This document shows, one piece after another, positions 10,285-20,310 of a stretch of DNA of 64,000 bases. A program made the position numbers and the translations under genes. This DNA comes from an uncultured Nitrososphaerales archaeon (lineage in GTDB: Archaea > Thermoproteota > Nitrososphaeria > Nitrososphaerales > Nitrososphaeraceae): NCBI GenBank assembly GCA_963841565.1, contig CAWJCY010000012.1:256001-320000 (forward strand), read 5' to 3'. The notes below the pieces were generated by a model. That model had not been told where the DNA came from. It searched no databases and worked only from the letters and a program-made list of their open reading frames with translations. Numbering within the stretch: the stretch's first letter is position 1; every line of letters starts with the position of its first letter.

Positions 10285-10379
10285 TGGGGCCAGTGGGATT
10301 CGAACCCACGACCGCCAGCGCCCCAGGCGTATACCTTGAATCCAAGATGGTATCCTAGACCAAGCTAGACGATAGCCCC
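10285..10379 (-). tRNA. tRNA-Pro(GGG) with a 19-nt non-canonical intron at position 29/30 (10329-10347)
   Basis: Acceptor GGGGCTA/TGGCCCC-A, T arm GTGGG-TTCGAAT-CCCAC. Removing TCTTGGATTCAAGGTATAC gives anticodon arm CCAGC-CTGGGGC-GCTGG. Perfect BHB motif. TTTAAAAA box 24-31 nt upstream. Confidence 0.93.
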
Positions 10380-10509
10380 TTAGGACCGTTAAATATTAAC
10401 CATTTTTAAATGTACAGCAGTGGCGACCTCAGAGTATTTGCTCTCGGACGAAAATATATCTTCCGCCCCAATCGATTAATATAAACTCCTCTGCAAACAT
10501 GAGCTGTAT

Positions 10510-10977
10510 ATGATTGAGGAAAGAATCACAGAATTGGGTTTGGATCTGCCCTCACCGCCAAACCCGGCAGGGTCATATGTGCCAGTCGTGATTGAAGGTG
10601 ACTTGGTCTACGTGTCAGGGCAGATCCCATTACAATCTGGGTCAGTTCCCGAAATTTTCAGAGGTAAAGTTACTAGCGTTGTGAACATCGAAATTGCTCA
10701 AGATGCAGCCCGAGTATGCACCCTTAACGCTCTTTCGCACATCAAAGCTGCCTTAGGTGATCTCGATAGAGTTAGAAAATTCATACGGCTCTCGGGATAC
10801 GTTAATTCGGATCCCACTTTCACAGATCAACCTAAGGTAATTAATGCTGCATCAGATATGTTAGCAGATATTTTTGGTCACGCAGGAAAACACACTCGCC
10901 TGGCGATAGGCGTTTCCAGCTTGCCTCTCGGGAGTGCAGTTGAAATTGAATTTCTAGTCAAGACTGATAGAATATAA
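10510..10977 (+). CDS. RidA/YjgF/UK114 family protein
   Basis: LVYVSGQIP, HTRLAIGVSSLPLGSAVEIE. Confidence 0.9.
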   Translation: MIEERITELGLDLPSPPNPAGSYVPVVIEGDLVYVSGQIPLQSGSVPEIFRGKVTSVVNIEIAQDAARVCTLNALSHIKAALGDLDRVRKFIRLSGYVNSDPTFTDQPKVINAASDMLADIFGHAGKHTRLAIGVSSLPLGSAVEIEFLVKTDRI

Positions 10978-11056
10978 ATAACCTTTCATAAGTTGCATGC
11001 TACATACACGAGTCCTAAGGTCAGATACGGCTAACGGTGGGGAAGTCAGGTCAGTA

Positions 11057-11488
11057 TTAGGTAGACTGGGTCTTCTCGGTTTCTTCACTTGTGTCTTTAT
11101 CTACAAACTCGTTCTTTCTTTCTTTAATTAGAGGAATCACCCTATCAACCAAAATGGAATCATAATCCTTGGCGTCTACGTCCAGTGTTAGAAGGAGGAA
11201 ATAATCTTCGTTAATCCTAATTGTGGCTCGTATGACTTTTTCGTACTTTCCAACTGCATATGTGAGATCACCTATTTTTGATTGGAATTTGATTCTAGTC
11301 TTGTGCCTTGTTACGGTCAACGCAGCATATTCTTCGTTCTCCTCGTCCGTCATGAGCTGTTCTAATCCTTCTCGGTGCTCTGCATTCAGAAGTACGCCAA
11401 ATTTATTGGCTATGCCCATCCATCGTACCGATGGGTCAAGATTCAATATCTTCTTTGAAAATTCGTAGAGGAGGTCATATTCGATCAT
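11057..11488 (-). CDS. Thaumarchaeal roadblock-like (DUF6659-like) protein
   Basis: ILNLDPSVRWMGIANKFG..IGDLTYAVGKYEKVIRATI pattern. Confidence 0.7.
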   Translation of the reverse strand: MIEYDLLYEFSKKILNLDPSVRWMGIANKFGVLLNAEHREGLEQLMTDEENEEYAALTVTRHKTRIKFQSKIGDLTYAVGKYEKVIRATIRINEDYFLLLTLDVDAKDYDSILVDRVIPLIKERKNEFVDKDTSEETEKTQST

Positions 11489-12461
11489 CTCGTTCCTATG
11501 AAAACCTCTTTTGCTTATTTAAATTGATGGATGTATAGCTTAGTCCAGAAATTCTTCTGAGAACTATGACGATATTTTACTACTGCATTCTAATTTAGAC
11601 AATCCGCAAGTGAAGTAAGAATTGGGCATGTAGTGAGGTACTGTACCGTCCTAAATCTATATCGATTTAAGCAGATAAAAATCGTGCTTTTACCTGCACT
11701 TGGATGATAATGGCATCAACGTCCCCTTTCGCCTCGATGTACCATTGATGAATGCTAGATATTCGCATCTACCATCGTAATTGATCAAGCTCTCCAAAGG
11801 TCACCAATCCCGCGATAAATCAATTTAGTTGATGACACCATGATATTAATGAAGCTTGTCTTATGCAGTGTAAAAGCCTACTTCCTACGATTTGTTGGAG
11901 GCTTGAAACCAAATTAGAATAGGTTAAGATGATAACCTTGACCAATGATGGAGTAGCGAAACGTTATCACTTTGTCTCCCCTCGAATGTGAGGCAAATTT
12001 AATGAAATATAATTAAACGAAGCGCTAGCTCTTTCAATATTCTCAATGTTGACTAAAATCCATGTATTAATTACCTTCCAGGTTTCCACAATGGTAGCCA
12101 AAAAAATCCAGTACTGTCATCTCCATACCCCATCGCGTGATCCGTTACGGAACGTGAAGCCAAATGGATGGTAATTCTAAAACGCTTGCTAACAGTATCG
12201 AAATATCAATTGGTTGCTTACATGATTCCTGTAGGATTCTTTCCTTTTATGCATGTAAAGCGTTTCCACAACTAGCATATTAGAGCAGAATTTTGGTAGT
12301 GATCTTTGCTCAGCCACCTATGATTCTGATTTACTGCCTTAACCGAGCGTCCGCTTTATGGTGACTAACTTGTCTCAAAAATTTCTGTTAACTGATAGAA
12401 CCACTTTGAATATCAAAATTCTAGCTGTCACATGTTCGTTTTCAAATAAAAATGTAGGATT

Positions 12462-12839
12462 TTAGGAAACTGACACCTTTCCTAACATCTGGGGATGTAA
12501 TGTACAATAGTAGTCATATTCACCAGCCTGATCGAATTTGAAGTCGAAAGTTGCTTTTGGAGATAGTATTCCTGAGTCAAACACCTTACCAGAGTCTTCT
12601 GCGCCTACCGCACCTGAAGTAGCAGTATGGATCTGGCTATCATCGTTTGTCCATGTTACTGATTCTCCGGCCTTCAATTCAGCAGGATTTGGTGAATATG
12701 CCTTATCTCCCATAGTAGATGCATTGGGTACTATCGAGACGCTCGCACCTTGGGCATATACCAAGACATTGCTTATTGACAAACCACCAACTAGTGCCGA
12801 GAATACGCACAATACCACCGCTATTTTTATTGTAGACAT
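12462..12839 (-). CDS. Blue (type 1) copper protein, plastocyanin/cupredoxin family
   Basis: Signal peptide; WTNDDSQIHTATS and YYCTLHPQM supply the His/Cys/His/Met ligands. Confidence 0.92.
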   Translation of the reverse strand: MSTIKIAVVLCVFSALVGGLSISNVLVYAQGASVSIVPNASTMGDKAYSPNPAELKAGESVTWTNDDSQIHTATSGAVGAEDSGKVFDSGILSPKATFDFKFDQAGEYDYYCTLHPQMLGKVSVS

Positions 12840-12964
12840 CAGAGTTCGAATTAATGATATTGAATAAGTAGTTTGCGTTTCATAAGCTCAAATCAATTTT
12901 CATGGGGCTTGTTGGTCGTCGGACACTGACACGTTGCACTTCTTAAAAGGTGTCTGGACAAAGG

Positions 12965-14395
12965 CTATTCTGGGTGGTTCTCCATCATCAAATTCTGGCT
13001 CGCAAATCTGTCAATTATACTACACATGCATTTAGTGGTTTTAAGAAGCAGATCAGTTCTAGCGAATTCGTTGGGCGAATGCATTTTTGAATAAATAAAT
13101 GTGCTACCAATTGATATGCACGGCACATTAAGATTCTTTGAAAAGGAATCCATTGGTCCTGTGGCGGGAGATGAGACGCTTATTTTGGTGTCACCATATA
13201 CCTCGCGTGCAGACTCACTTACAACATCAACAAACGGATCATTGACATCTGTTCGTGAGGCAGCTTCTCCATGCAGGAATCGAACACTTAATGACCGTTC
13301 ATCGAATCCATTTTTGGCAAGGTATGTCTTGAGTCGTTCAAATTGGACAAGGGGGTCCATTTCCGGCACGAGTCTGAAATCGATTTTTACATTCGCTGTC
13401 GACGGAATGATGGTCTTTGCACCTTCTCCGGTATATCCGGAAATCATTCCAGCAATATTGCAGGTGGGCATTGAGACCAACGCTTTCTGGATCTCTGTGC
13501 CTTGAGCATTGTTTAAGAAAGAATGGATACCGTATTCTGTCTTAAATCGAATCTCATCGAAGCTCTCTGTCTGTAAAAAGGCTTTTTCACTCTCAGTAAG
13601 ATCTCTGACTTCGTTGTACCAATCAGTGATCAATATCTTGCCAGTGCTATCGGTGAGTTTGTTCAAGGCTTGGACCAACTTCCAAGCAGGATTTTCAATC
13701 AAGACTGCAAGGCTTGAATGAGCATCGCGATTTGGGCCAACTGCAGTTAGCTCTACAAATAGCAAGCCTTTCATTCCAAGGGTTATTATCGGGATGTTTT
13801 GTTCATTGATGTAGCCGAACTCCCAGATGACACCGTCACATGAGAGTTCGTCATGATATCTTGCTAAATACTCTCCTAAGTGAATACTACCTATCTCCTC
13901 TTCTCCTTCTACGAGAAATTTTATGTTACATGGAACGTCACCAAAAAATTTAAGGTAATATTCGACTGCTTTGATACGAGTAATTAGTTCTCCTTTGTCA
14001 TCAGAGGATCCTCTGCCGTAAATATAATCTCCTTCAATAACACCTTCGTAAGGGTCATGTTCCCAAAGTTCAATAGGGTCCTCTGGTTGTACGTCATAAT
14101 GGTTATAAAACATCAGAGTTCTAGTGAGGCCATTTGTCTTTCTCTTCGTTTTCACTTCTCCATAGACAATAGGTGGTGCCATACTGCTTGCGTCGCCAAG
14201 GGAGCCATCTTTGGGGAGATTTAGAATTCTTGTGTCAATACCGGCTTTTATCATGATTCCTGCCACAACAGCAGCACATTGTTCCAAGCCTTGCTTCTTA
14301 GCTGAAACACTGCGCTGCCTAATGAGTGATTGAAGGTCAGCAACTAGGTCCTCCTTTCTAGAATCTATGTATGAAAAAAGATCACGTCTATCCAA
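12965..14395 (-). CDS. M20 family metallopeptidase (DapE/ArgE/dipeptidase-like)
   Basis: YNHYDVQP, GRGSSDDKG, EGEEEIGS and MHSPNE motifs. Confidence 0.92.
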   Translation of the reverse strand: MDRRDLFSYIDSRKEDLVADLQSLIRQRSVSAKKQGLEQCAAVVAGIMIKAGIDTRILNLPKDGSLGDASSMAPPIVYGEVKTKRKTNGLTRTLMFYNHYDVQPEDPIELWEHDPYEGVIEGDYIYGRGSSDDKGELITRIKAVEYYLKFFGDVPCNIKFLVEGEEEIGSIHLGEYLARYHDELSCDGVIWEFGYINEQNIPIITLGMKGLLFVELTAVGPNRDAHSSLAVLIENPAWKLVQALNKLTDSTGKILITDWYNEVRDLTESEKAFLQTESFDEIRFKTEYGIHSFLNNAQGTEIQKALVSMPTCNIAGMISGYTGEGAKTIIPSTANVKIDFRLVPEMDPLVQFERLKTYLAKNGFDERSLSVRFLHGEAASRTDVNDPFVDVVSESAREVYGDTKISVSSPATGPMDSFSKNLNVPCISIGSTFIYSKMHSPNEFARTDLLLKTTKCMCSIIDRFASQNLMMENHPE

Positions 14396-14532
14396 TACAT
14401 ATTCAATTTTTGAAGTTATGAATTAATAGTTTGTGCCTTAAATAATTCGTCTTTAAACCTTAGCAAAGTTAGTTCAAGACCCATGCCCTTTCGCGAAAGG
14501 ATTTATAACAATATGATCTAGGTACATATATT

Positions 14533-14925
14533 ATGGGATTCGGACAATATATGGCTAAAGAATTGATGAGAGAGCTAGGAAATAAGTCTAGGGAATTCTT
14601 CGAATTCGTAATGCCTGCACTAGATATGTATGAGGACGGCTCCGACCTAGTCGTTTTGATTGACCTTCCAGGATTTTCAAAGCAAGATATCTCTTTGAGA
14701 ATATTAGACAATATCCTTTCCATAAGTGCAAAGAGGCAAAGGGATGAGAAGACAAGTACAGGTACCGTTTACTTCCAGCAGAGACCGTTACATATCAACA
14801 AGAAGGTTCCGTTACCTATCAAGGTTACCGAGGAGGACCAAGTACTGGGTTCTGCAACGTATGTTGACGGCGTCGTCACTTTGCGAATACCTATTCCCAG
14901 ATACAATACAATCCCTATTTCGTAA
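14533..14925 (+). CDS. Small heat-shock protein (Hsp20/alpha-crystallin)
   Basis: PALDMYEDG..IDLPGF...ATYVDGVVTLRIP. Confidence 0.9.
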   Translation: MGFGQYMAKELMRELGNKSREFFEFVMPALDMYEDGSDLVVLIDLPGFSKQDISLRILDNILSISAKRQRDEKTSTGTVYFQQRPLHINKKVPLPIKVTEEDQVLGSATYVDGVVTLRIPIPRYNTIPIS

Positions 14926-14937
14926 GTGGAATAGAGA

Positions 14938-16584
14938 CTAACGCTTTCTTCTTGCGAAGGCAAAGGTTGCTACGAATGTTCCCGCTGAGGCTACTAAGCC
15001 TGCAATTCCCATGAACAAATTGTATTGAATGAATATTGCTGATCCAATGAACAATCCTGAGCCGATAATGCTAACTGAAGTCAGCCATTGTCTTCTCGAT
15101 GACATCTCTTTTGTGCGTAAATCCGCTTCCATATATGATCGTAAATACGGTGCCAAACTGATACTAGTCTCAAGTCCTTTCACTAGCCGCCTGAAATAGT
15201 CTTTTGTCTCCTCCACATATGCTTCTCTAAGCAATCCTTCTTCAGCTAATATATCTGCCAACACCTTGACGAATTGGAATTTAACCTTGTGATGGTGATA
15301 AATTCCTTCAAGTATAGAACTCATTCGCATATAGAGTGCTAGATTCTTTGGAAGTCTAAATGGAAATTTGCTCATCGTCTTATTGGTGAGGTCAATGAGA
15401 GCCTTAACTTCCATCTTGTCTACTTGTTGACCATGAAGCGATCTAATACTAAATTCCAAGGCCTTTTCAACTATGTACCTGTTAACGGAAGGTTCCAGTG
15501 TTCCCAGATCAATTAATACATTCACTGCCCGTACTGGATCTTTTTCAATTAAACCGAGATACAACCTTACAAGTTTCAGGCGTGTATCATCATCTATTCT
15601 TCCCACCATCCCAAAGTCATATAGAATGATCTTGCCATCAGATGTTACAGAAATGTTTCCCGGATGAGGATCGGCATGAAAAATGCTATCTTTAAGGAGC
15701 ATTTTAAAGAATACGCGATGCACCTTCGAAACTATCCTCCCCCTATCCAAACCCAAAGCGTCCATTGCGGCAATATCTGTTATTTTTGTCCCAGGGATGT
15801 ACTCCATAGATAGAACGTGTCTAGAAGTTATCTCTGGAATAAGCTCTGGAACTAGTACTGTTGGATCATGGCTCAGGTTTCTACGAATCGTCTTAAGATT
15901 TCTTGCTTCAATTCTGTAGTCCATTTCTTCACTAATAGTTTCCACAAATTGAGAGAACATCGCTTCCACGGAATACCTCAAATTGGGATCTATGAAACGG
16001 GTTGCCAACGGCAGTATTGACTTTAGAACCAGAATATCCCTTGAGACTGTCTTCTCTATATTCGGTCGTGATGCTTTAATGATTACGTCTCGACCCTTGT
16101 AGCGAGCTAAATAGACCTGTCCAAGGCTAGCCCCAGATTTAGCCTTCTTATCGAATCTGTCGAAAACATGATCAATTTTTCCTATTTCATTTTCCATAGT
16201 CTCCTGAACCAATGAAAAATCCGAAGGGGGTACATCATCTTGGAGCTTTGCGAGAACCTCAAGATAGGGTTGAGGAAGCACATCAGTTCTAGTTGATAAC
16301 CATTGGCCTAGTTTTATATATGAAGGACCAAGTGCAATAAACGTGGCAAGGGTCTTCTCCGCATGTTTGACGTATTTCTTGGTGTCAATATTTTTGCCCT
16401 CTCGCTTTACCCACTCCCGACGGTCCTTCCTCAGATGAATTATTATTGGAATTAGCTTAACTAGTACCTTCATCAGATATAGTTTCGAAACACGTGGGAC
16501 TGCTTCCATCGTTTTTGAGACTGCATCTTCCGTTGTAATGGGCTCAGAGGGCTCCTGATGATCTAATTGCTCAATCTTTTCCAA
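14938..16584 (-). CDS. ABC1/UbiB (AarF) atypical kinase
   Basis: KLGQWLSTR, ASLGQVY, HADPHPGNI, DFGMVG; C-terminal TM helices. Confidence 0.92.
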   Translation of the reverse strand: MEKIEQLDHQEPSEPITTEDAVSKTMEAVPRVSKLYLMKVLVKLIPIIIHLRKDRREWVKREGKNIDTKKYVKHAEKTLATFIALGPSYIKLGQWLSTRTDVLPQPYLEVLAKLQDDVPPSDFSLVQETMENEIGKIDHVFDRFDKKAKSGASLGQVYLARYKGRDVIIKASRPNIEKTVSRDILVLKSILPLATRFIDPNLRYSVEAMFSQFVETISEEMDYRIEARNLKTIRRNLSHDPTVLVPELIPEITSRHVLSMEYIPGTKITDIAAMDALGLDRGRIVSKVHRVFFKMLLKDSIFHADPHPGNISVTSDGKIILYDFGMVGRIDDDTRLKLVRLYLGLIEKDPVRAVNVLIDLGTLEPSVNRYIVEKALEFSIRSLHGQQVDKMEVKALIDLTNKTMSKFPFRLPKNLALYMRMSSILEGIYHHHKVKFQFVKVLADILAEEGLLREAYVEETKDYFRRLVKGLETSISLAPYLRSYMEADLRTKEMSSRRQWLTSVSIIGSGLFIGSAIFIQYNLFMGIAGLVASAGTFVATFAFARRKR

Positions 16585-16587
16585 AAT

Positions 16588-17022
16588 TTATTCTCGCCTT
16601 TGGCCCAACTTTTTTAAGGACTTGGTGAGGGCGTAACCGGTATAGGCAGCAAATATTCCTGCAAGGTAAGGAGACGAGCCATCCTTAACGTCGATTTCGG
16701 AAAAGGAATTTGAATTTGCTCTGTTCTTTCTTGAACGATTAATCGACCTTTCTTTTAGAGTTGAATAAATTGAGAGTCCGGAGAGCACACCGACTAAATA
16801 TTCTGGAGCGTCAACGATAAGATGACCAATAGGATCACTTAGCGGGTCTATCTTGTCTGAATGGACCGAATAGTAGCTGTCGTATTCTCTTATGTGGAGT
16901 TTTCCAGCCCTGAATTGCCTTAATGCCCCACACCCGCTGCCAAGTGCAGTCGGAGAATATTCGATTATAGGTCTGACAGACTTTGGTACAATGATGCAAC
17001 CGTCGTCGTCCACGAATCTCAC
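16588..17022 (-). CDS. Conserved hypothetical protein
   Basis: 144-aa ORF ending 3 nt before the ABC1 start, likely co-transcribed. HIREYDSYYSVHSDKIDP motif. Confidence 0.65.
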   Translation of the reverse strand: MRFVDDDGCIIVPKSVRPIIEYSPTALGSGCGALRQFRAGKLHIREYDSYYSVHSDKIDPLSDPIGHLIVDAPEYLVGVLSGLSIYSTLKERSINRSRKNRANSNSFSEIDVKDGSSPYLAGIFAAYTGYALTKSLKKLGQRRE

Positions 17023-17215
17023 GGTTATTCATTTGGGATTTAGCCGGATATAATATTAGCTCTAGTGTCTAATAGTCGATTTCATGGAATGCAGCTTTTG
17101 CAAATGGCTTCAGGTATTTTTCCTATGTGTATAAGGGATTACAACATTCAAGATTCATTCTAGTCTACTGACATCGAACGTACAAGAAGGCCAACAAAGA
17201 AAAACTCCTAATAAT

Positions 17216-17551
17216 ATGAAAATACCACTAAGTAGTATGTCAAATGACCAGCAAAAAAAGTATCGTAAACTTTCAGGGAGCGAAATAGAGTCAGCAATTT
17301 CCACTTTGGAGGCTTGGACCATTAAGGACTCCAAGCTTCATCGATCATTTAAATTCGGCAATTTCGTTGAGGCATTTACTTTCATGACAGAGGTTGCTCT
17401 TCATGCTGAAAAGATGGATCATCATCCAGAATGGTTCAATGTGTATAACACAGTCAAGATCGACTTAATGACTCATGACGTTAATGGCATTAGCGATTAC
17501 GATATAAAATTGGCAAACCTGATCAATAGCATCTATGAAAAGAAAAAATGA
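17216..17551 (+). CDS. phhB: Pterin-4-alpha-carbinolamine dehydratase
   Basis: [25 protein letters not shown]. Confidence 0.92.
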   Translation: MKIPLSSMSNDQQKKYRKLSGSEIESAISTLEAWTIKDSKLHRSFKFGNFVEAFTFMTEVALHAEKMDHHPEWFNVYNTVKIDLMTHDVNGISDYDIKLANLINSIYEKKK

Positions 17552-17620
17552 TCGACTCAGATAACAAATGCCTTCCACAATGACTATTTGTGGTCAATCA
17601 ATCCACTTTTTTGGCTCAAA

Positions 17621-18239
17621 TCATTCTTCAATCGGCCTAATATCTGCGGAGTAGGCTAGGAGACCTGCTATAGTTTTGCAATCTTGAATCTCTCCTCTTA
17701 GGCATTTACGAATCGCGGTGCCAATTTTCATTCTTTTGATAGAAATATCCTCGTCGTCGTCTAGCCTGCCCCGCGGCACTTTTATCAAGTCAGTACATAC
17801 AAAGAGGTACATTAACTCCGTGTCATAACCAGGAGCGAGATAAAAAGTTGTCAAAAGAGAAAATTTTCCGATATAGCCTATTTCTTCGGCTAACTCTCGA
17901 TAAGCGAGCCTTTGCAGGAGATTCCCCTTTTTCGATTTTGCCCGCTGGAATCTCTAGTAAACTTCTACCAGTTGCGTGCCTGTACTGCTTAACAAGATAT
18001 ACATACGAATCATGATCTATGGGAATCATCCCCACTGAAGGGCTATGCTCCACTATCTCTTTTTCAATAATCTTACCATTCAAGGTGAATCTGTCAATTC
18101 TCAAGGAAATATTGCCTGAATGAATCTTTGTACTGTGTTGCACGTCGACCGATCGTGGGCGATTCTTCGCTAATTTCTGTACCATCTTGCCTACCTTCTT
18201 GACTGAATGTAATGTTCTAGGATTTCTTACTAACCCCAT
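17621..18239 (-). CDS. NUDIX hydrolase (ADP-ribose pyrophosphatase-like), split by a +1 insertion
   Basis: Deleting one base in GCGAGC (17904-17909) restores the Nudix box AGKIEKGESPAKAAYRELAEEIG and joins ORFs 17823-18239 and 17621-17854. Start uncertain. Confidence 0.85.
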
Positions 18240-18244
18240 TCATA

Positions 18245-18980
18245 TTAAGAAGAATATGTGAAAATTTCATCCAACGTTACAGCGAATGGTTTTCGTCCGC
18301 TAATTTTGAACCTTGTCGAGTTGCCTTTAGTACCTATCTCCTGTATGTATCCAAGTTTCTTGAAAATGGCAATTCCAATTTTGCCTCTTTGTCGATTGTT
18401 TCCACATGCTACTCGTTCCCTATCCTGAAGATCCTGGAGGATGAAGGTTCCATCCTCACTCTCATCTGATAACTCTAGCGCTCGCTCTCCAAATCTTATA
18501 AATGTAAGAGTTAGAATTATTGAGAGATCCCATGTATAGCGTCCTCGAACGTGACATAGATTGAGTTATCAATTGCGCCGCGAATTCCATTCTGTCTGTC
18601 TTACTAGTGTAGAATCTGTAAATATTTTGTCTACGATACTTTCTTTTTTCCTCTTGATTGTTATCAAACCAATAGACGAAGCCTTCCGGTTCAGGCATAA
18701 AAGGCTGAATTACTTTGATTCGGTTTAATTTGGAGTTCGAGTTGACTATATTTTGTGCAACTTCTATCATCTCGAAATTGACTAGATACTTCTTCTGACG
18801 ATGTGATTCAAGAACCATAACGATACCTTCGTCAATAAGTGAGCGTAGTGCGGTTTGAAAATTAGGGTCATAATGCCTTCCGGCCTCCCTAAATAATTGG
18901 CTTTCAGAAATGCTTCTGTGAATACCTTCACAGATTAACTGCTTCAATATCCATTTTTGCCATTCTTGGATAACTAGCAT
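18245..18980 (-). CDS. Hypothetical protein with putative winged-helix domains, 244 aa after repairing a +1 insertion
   Basis: Track ORF 18462-18980 continues open for about 77 more codons (WRAALELSDE...GNNRQRGKIGIAIFKKLGYIQEIG..RFK..*) if one base is removed from GCTCGC 18480-18485. Confidence 0.7.
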
Positions 18981-19120
18981 GGAGGATAGCTAAAAATTCT
19001 CATACTGTTATTTAAATTAATCAAATTAATCATAAAATATCAAACTAAATATGGTAATCGCAAGGGGCCAGCTCTTCACTCAGGTTTAAATAATTGACTT
19101 AATTAATTTTTATACGCAAG

Positions 19121-19492
19121 TTGGAATCCGCCACAAGTAGTGACGTTGGAACTCGGCCACTCGAAGATATCTTCGGAAATGCTGTAGCCAAGGTTTTGGA
19201 CTTTCTGATAATCAATGAACCCTTTGACTATTCTCTAGACGAGATTAGTCAGTTCTCGCATATTCCGATAGGCACTTTGCAAAAAATGATCCCGGGATTG
19301 GTAGATAAGGGTCTGTTGGAAGAAATCGGAAAGAAACGTGAAGGTAGAAATTATAGGTTTAGCGAAAGGAGCGATCTGGCTCGGACGCTGAGTCAGTATG
19401 TACTTGCAAAAATTAATCATGACATAGAAAAAGAGAAGGTTAGTAGAAGAGTTAAAGCGAAAGTACCCGCACCCGGTATTAAGGGCAACTAA
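19121..19492 (+). CDS. Winged-helix DNA-binding protein
   Basis: PLEDIFGNAVAKVLDFLIINEPFDYSLDEISQ...LVDKGLLEEIG...YRF. Confidence 0.75.
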   Translation: MESATSSDVGTRPLEDIFGNAVAKVLDFLIINEPFDYSLDEISQFSHIPIGTLQKMIPGLVDKGLLEEIGKKREGRNYRFSERSDLARTLSQYVLAKINHDIEKEKVSRRVKAKVPAPGIKGN

Positions 19493-19673
19493 ATAGTTAT
19501 AGCAGAGTGATTTGAGCGGAATTGAAAGGTAGTATGTCCTAATTTTCTATCGATTTAAATGATGATGCCCCGATCGCAATAGCATTTTGTCTTCCATTAC
19601 TTAATATCTGAATCGTAGGGATCAGAAGATACGCTAAAATAGTCTATGAATTAAATAAAGACACTGCTGTCTT

Positions 19674-19940
19674 ATGGATCGCATAAAGAGAATATCTACA
19701 ACAGTATTGGAGAAGTATCCGGATCGTTTCGGTTCTGATTTTGAAAAGAACAAGAAGGCACTACAGGAAATTGCAATTACGAAATCAAAAGTCCTTCGGA
19801 ACAGAGTTGCAGGATATATAACCTCGTACCTTCGGAAACAGAAGGTTCAAGAGAAGATTCTTGAATCTGATGTCGACGCGGATATCGAAGGTGAGGACGA
19901 AGTTTCGGAAGAGAAGGAGATAAGTAACGTGCAACATTGA
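19674..19940 (+). CDS. rps17e: 30S ribosomal protein S17e
   Basis: YPDRFGSDFEKNKK...SKVLRNRVAGYIT; acidic tail. Confidence 0.95.
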   Translation: MDRIKRISTTVLEKYPDRFGSDFEKNKKALQEIAITKSKVLRNRVAGYITSYLRKQKVQEKILESDVDADIEGEDEVSEEKEISNVQH

Positions 19941-20209
19941 TTACAGTTCGACTCTTGGGTGGCGTTAAGAAAATTATTGGAGAGGACTCGATTTGTATCA
20001 GGCAACCTCTTGTCAAAGTGTCATACGTAATGGACTTGTTAAGGAGGAACGCCACTGAGCCTGCCAAACTCAACTTCGACAATATCATCATTGCCGTAAA
20101 TGGTGTAGATTGCTCAATATTAGGTGGAATGGACGCATCAGCTAAAGAGGGAGACGAAGTAACCGTCGTGAGCATAGTGCATGGCGGCGGCGGTGGAAGT
20201 GTAAGATGA
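19937..20209 (+). CDS. Ubiquitin-like ThiS/MoaD (Urm1/SAMP-like) protein
   Basis: MITVRLLGG...IIIAVNGVD...GDEVTVVSIVHGG followed by the extension GGGSVR. Overlaps the rps17e stop. Confidence 0.88.
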   Translation: MITVRLLGGVKKIIGEDSICIRQPLVKVSYVMDLLRRNATEPAKLNFDNIIIAVNGVDCSILGGMDASAKEGDEVTVVSIVHGGGGGSVR

Positions 20210-20310
20210 ACTTTTACGCTAGTGGAAAATTATAGACGACTTTGAATTGGAGGGCTAAGAGCGATTACTCCCAATTCTTTTTGTTGCGCACGAATTCTGA
20301 TGAAGCATAA

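Larger units (their letters stand above)
7013..10304. mobile_element. Decayed ~3.3-kb integrated element at tRNA-Pro(GGG)
   Basis: Direct repeat of the tRNA 3' end at both ends, integrase remnant inside, and cargo genes. Confidence 0.7.

Noticed and set aside
12998-13003. Further GCTCGC/GCGAGC sites near gene ends (M20 peptidase 12998; wHTH ~54619) as more insertions
   Set aside because: Both readings give plausible C-termini, so this is undecidable without reads. Other GCGAGC/GCTCGC sites (e.g. in the ABC1, prs, SDR and SIMPL genes) are in frame and genuine.
19559-19611. C/D box sRNA candidate (ATGATGA...CTGA); a similar one near 34729
   Set aside because: No properly spaced D'/C' boxes with 10-12-nt guides.
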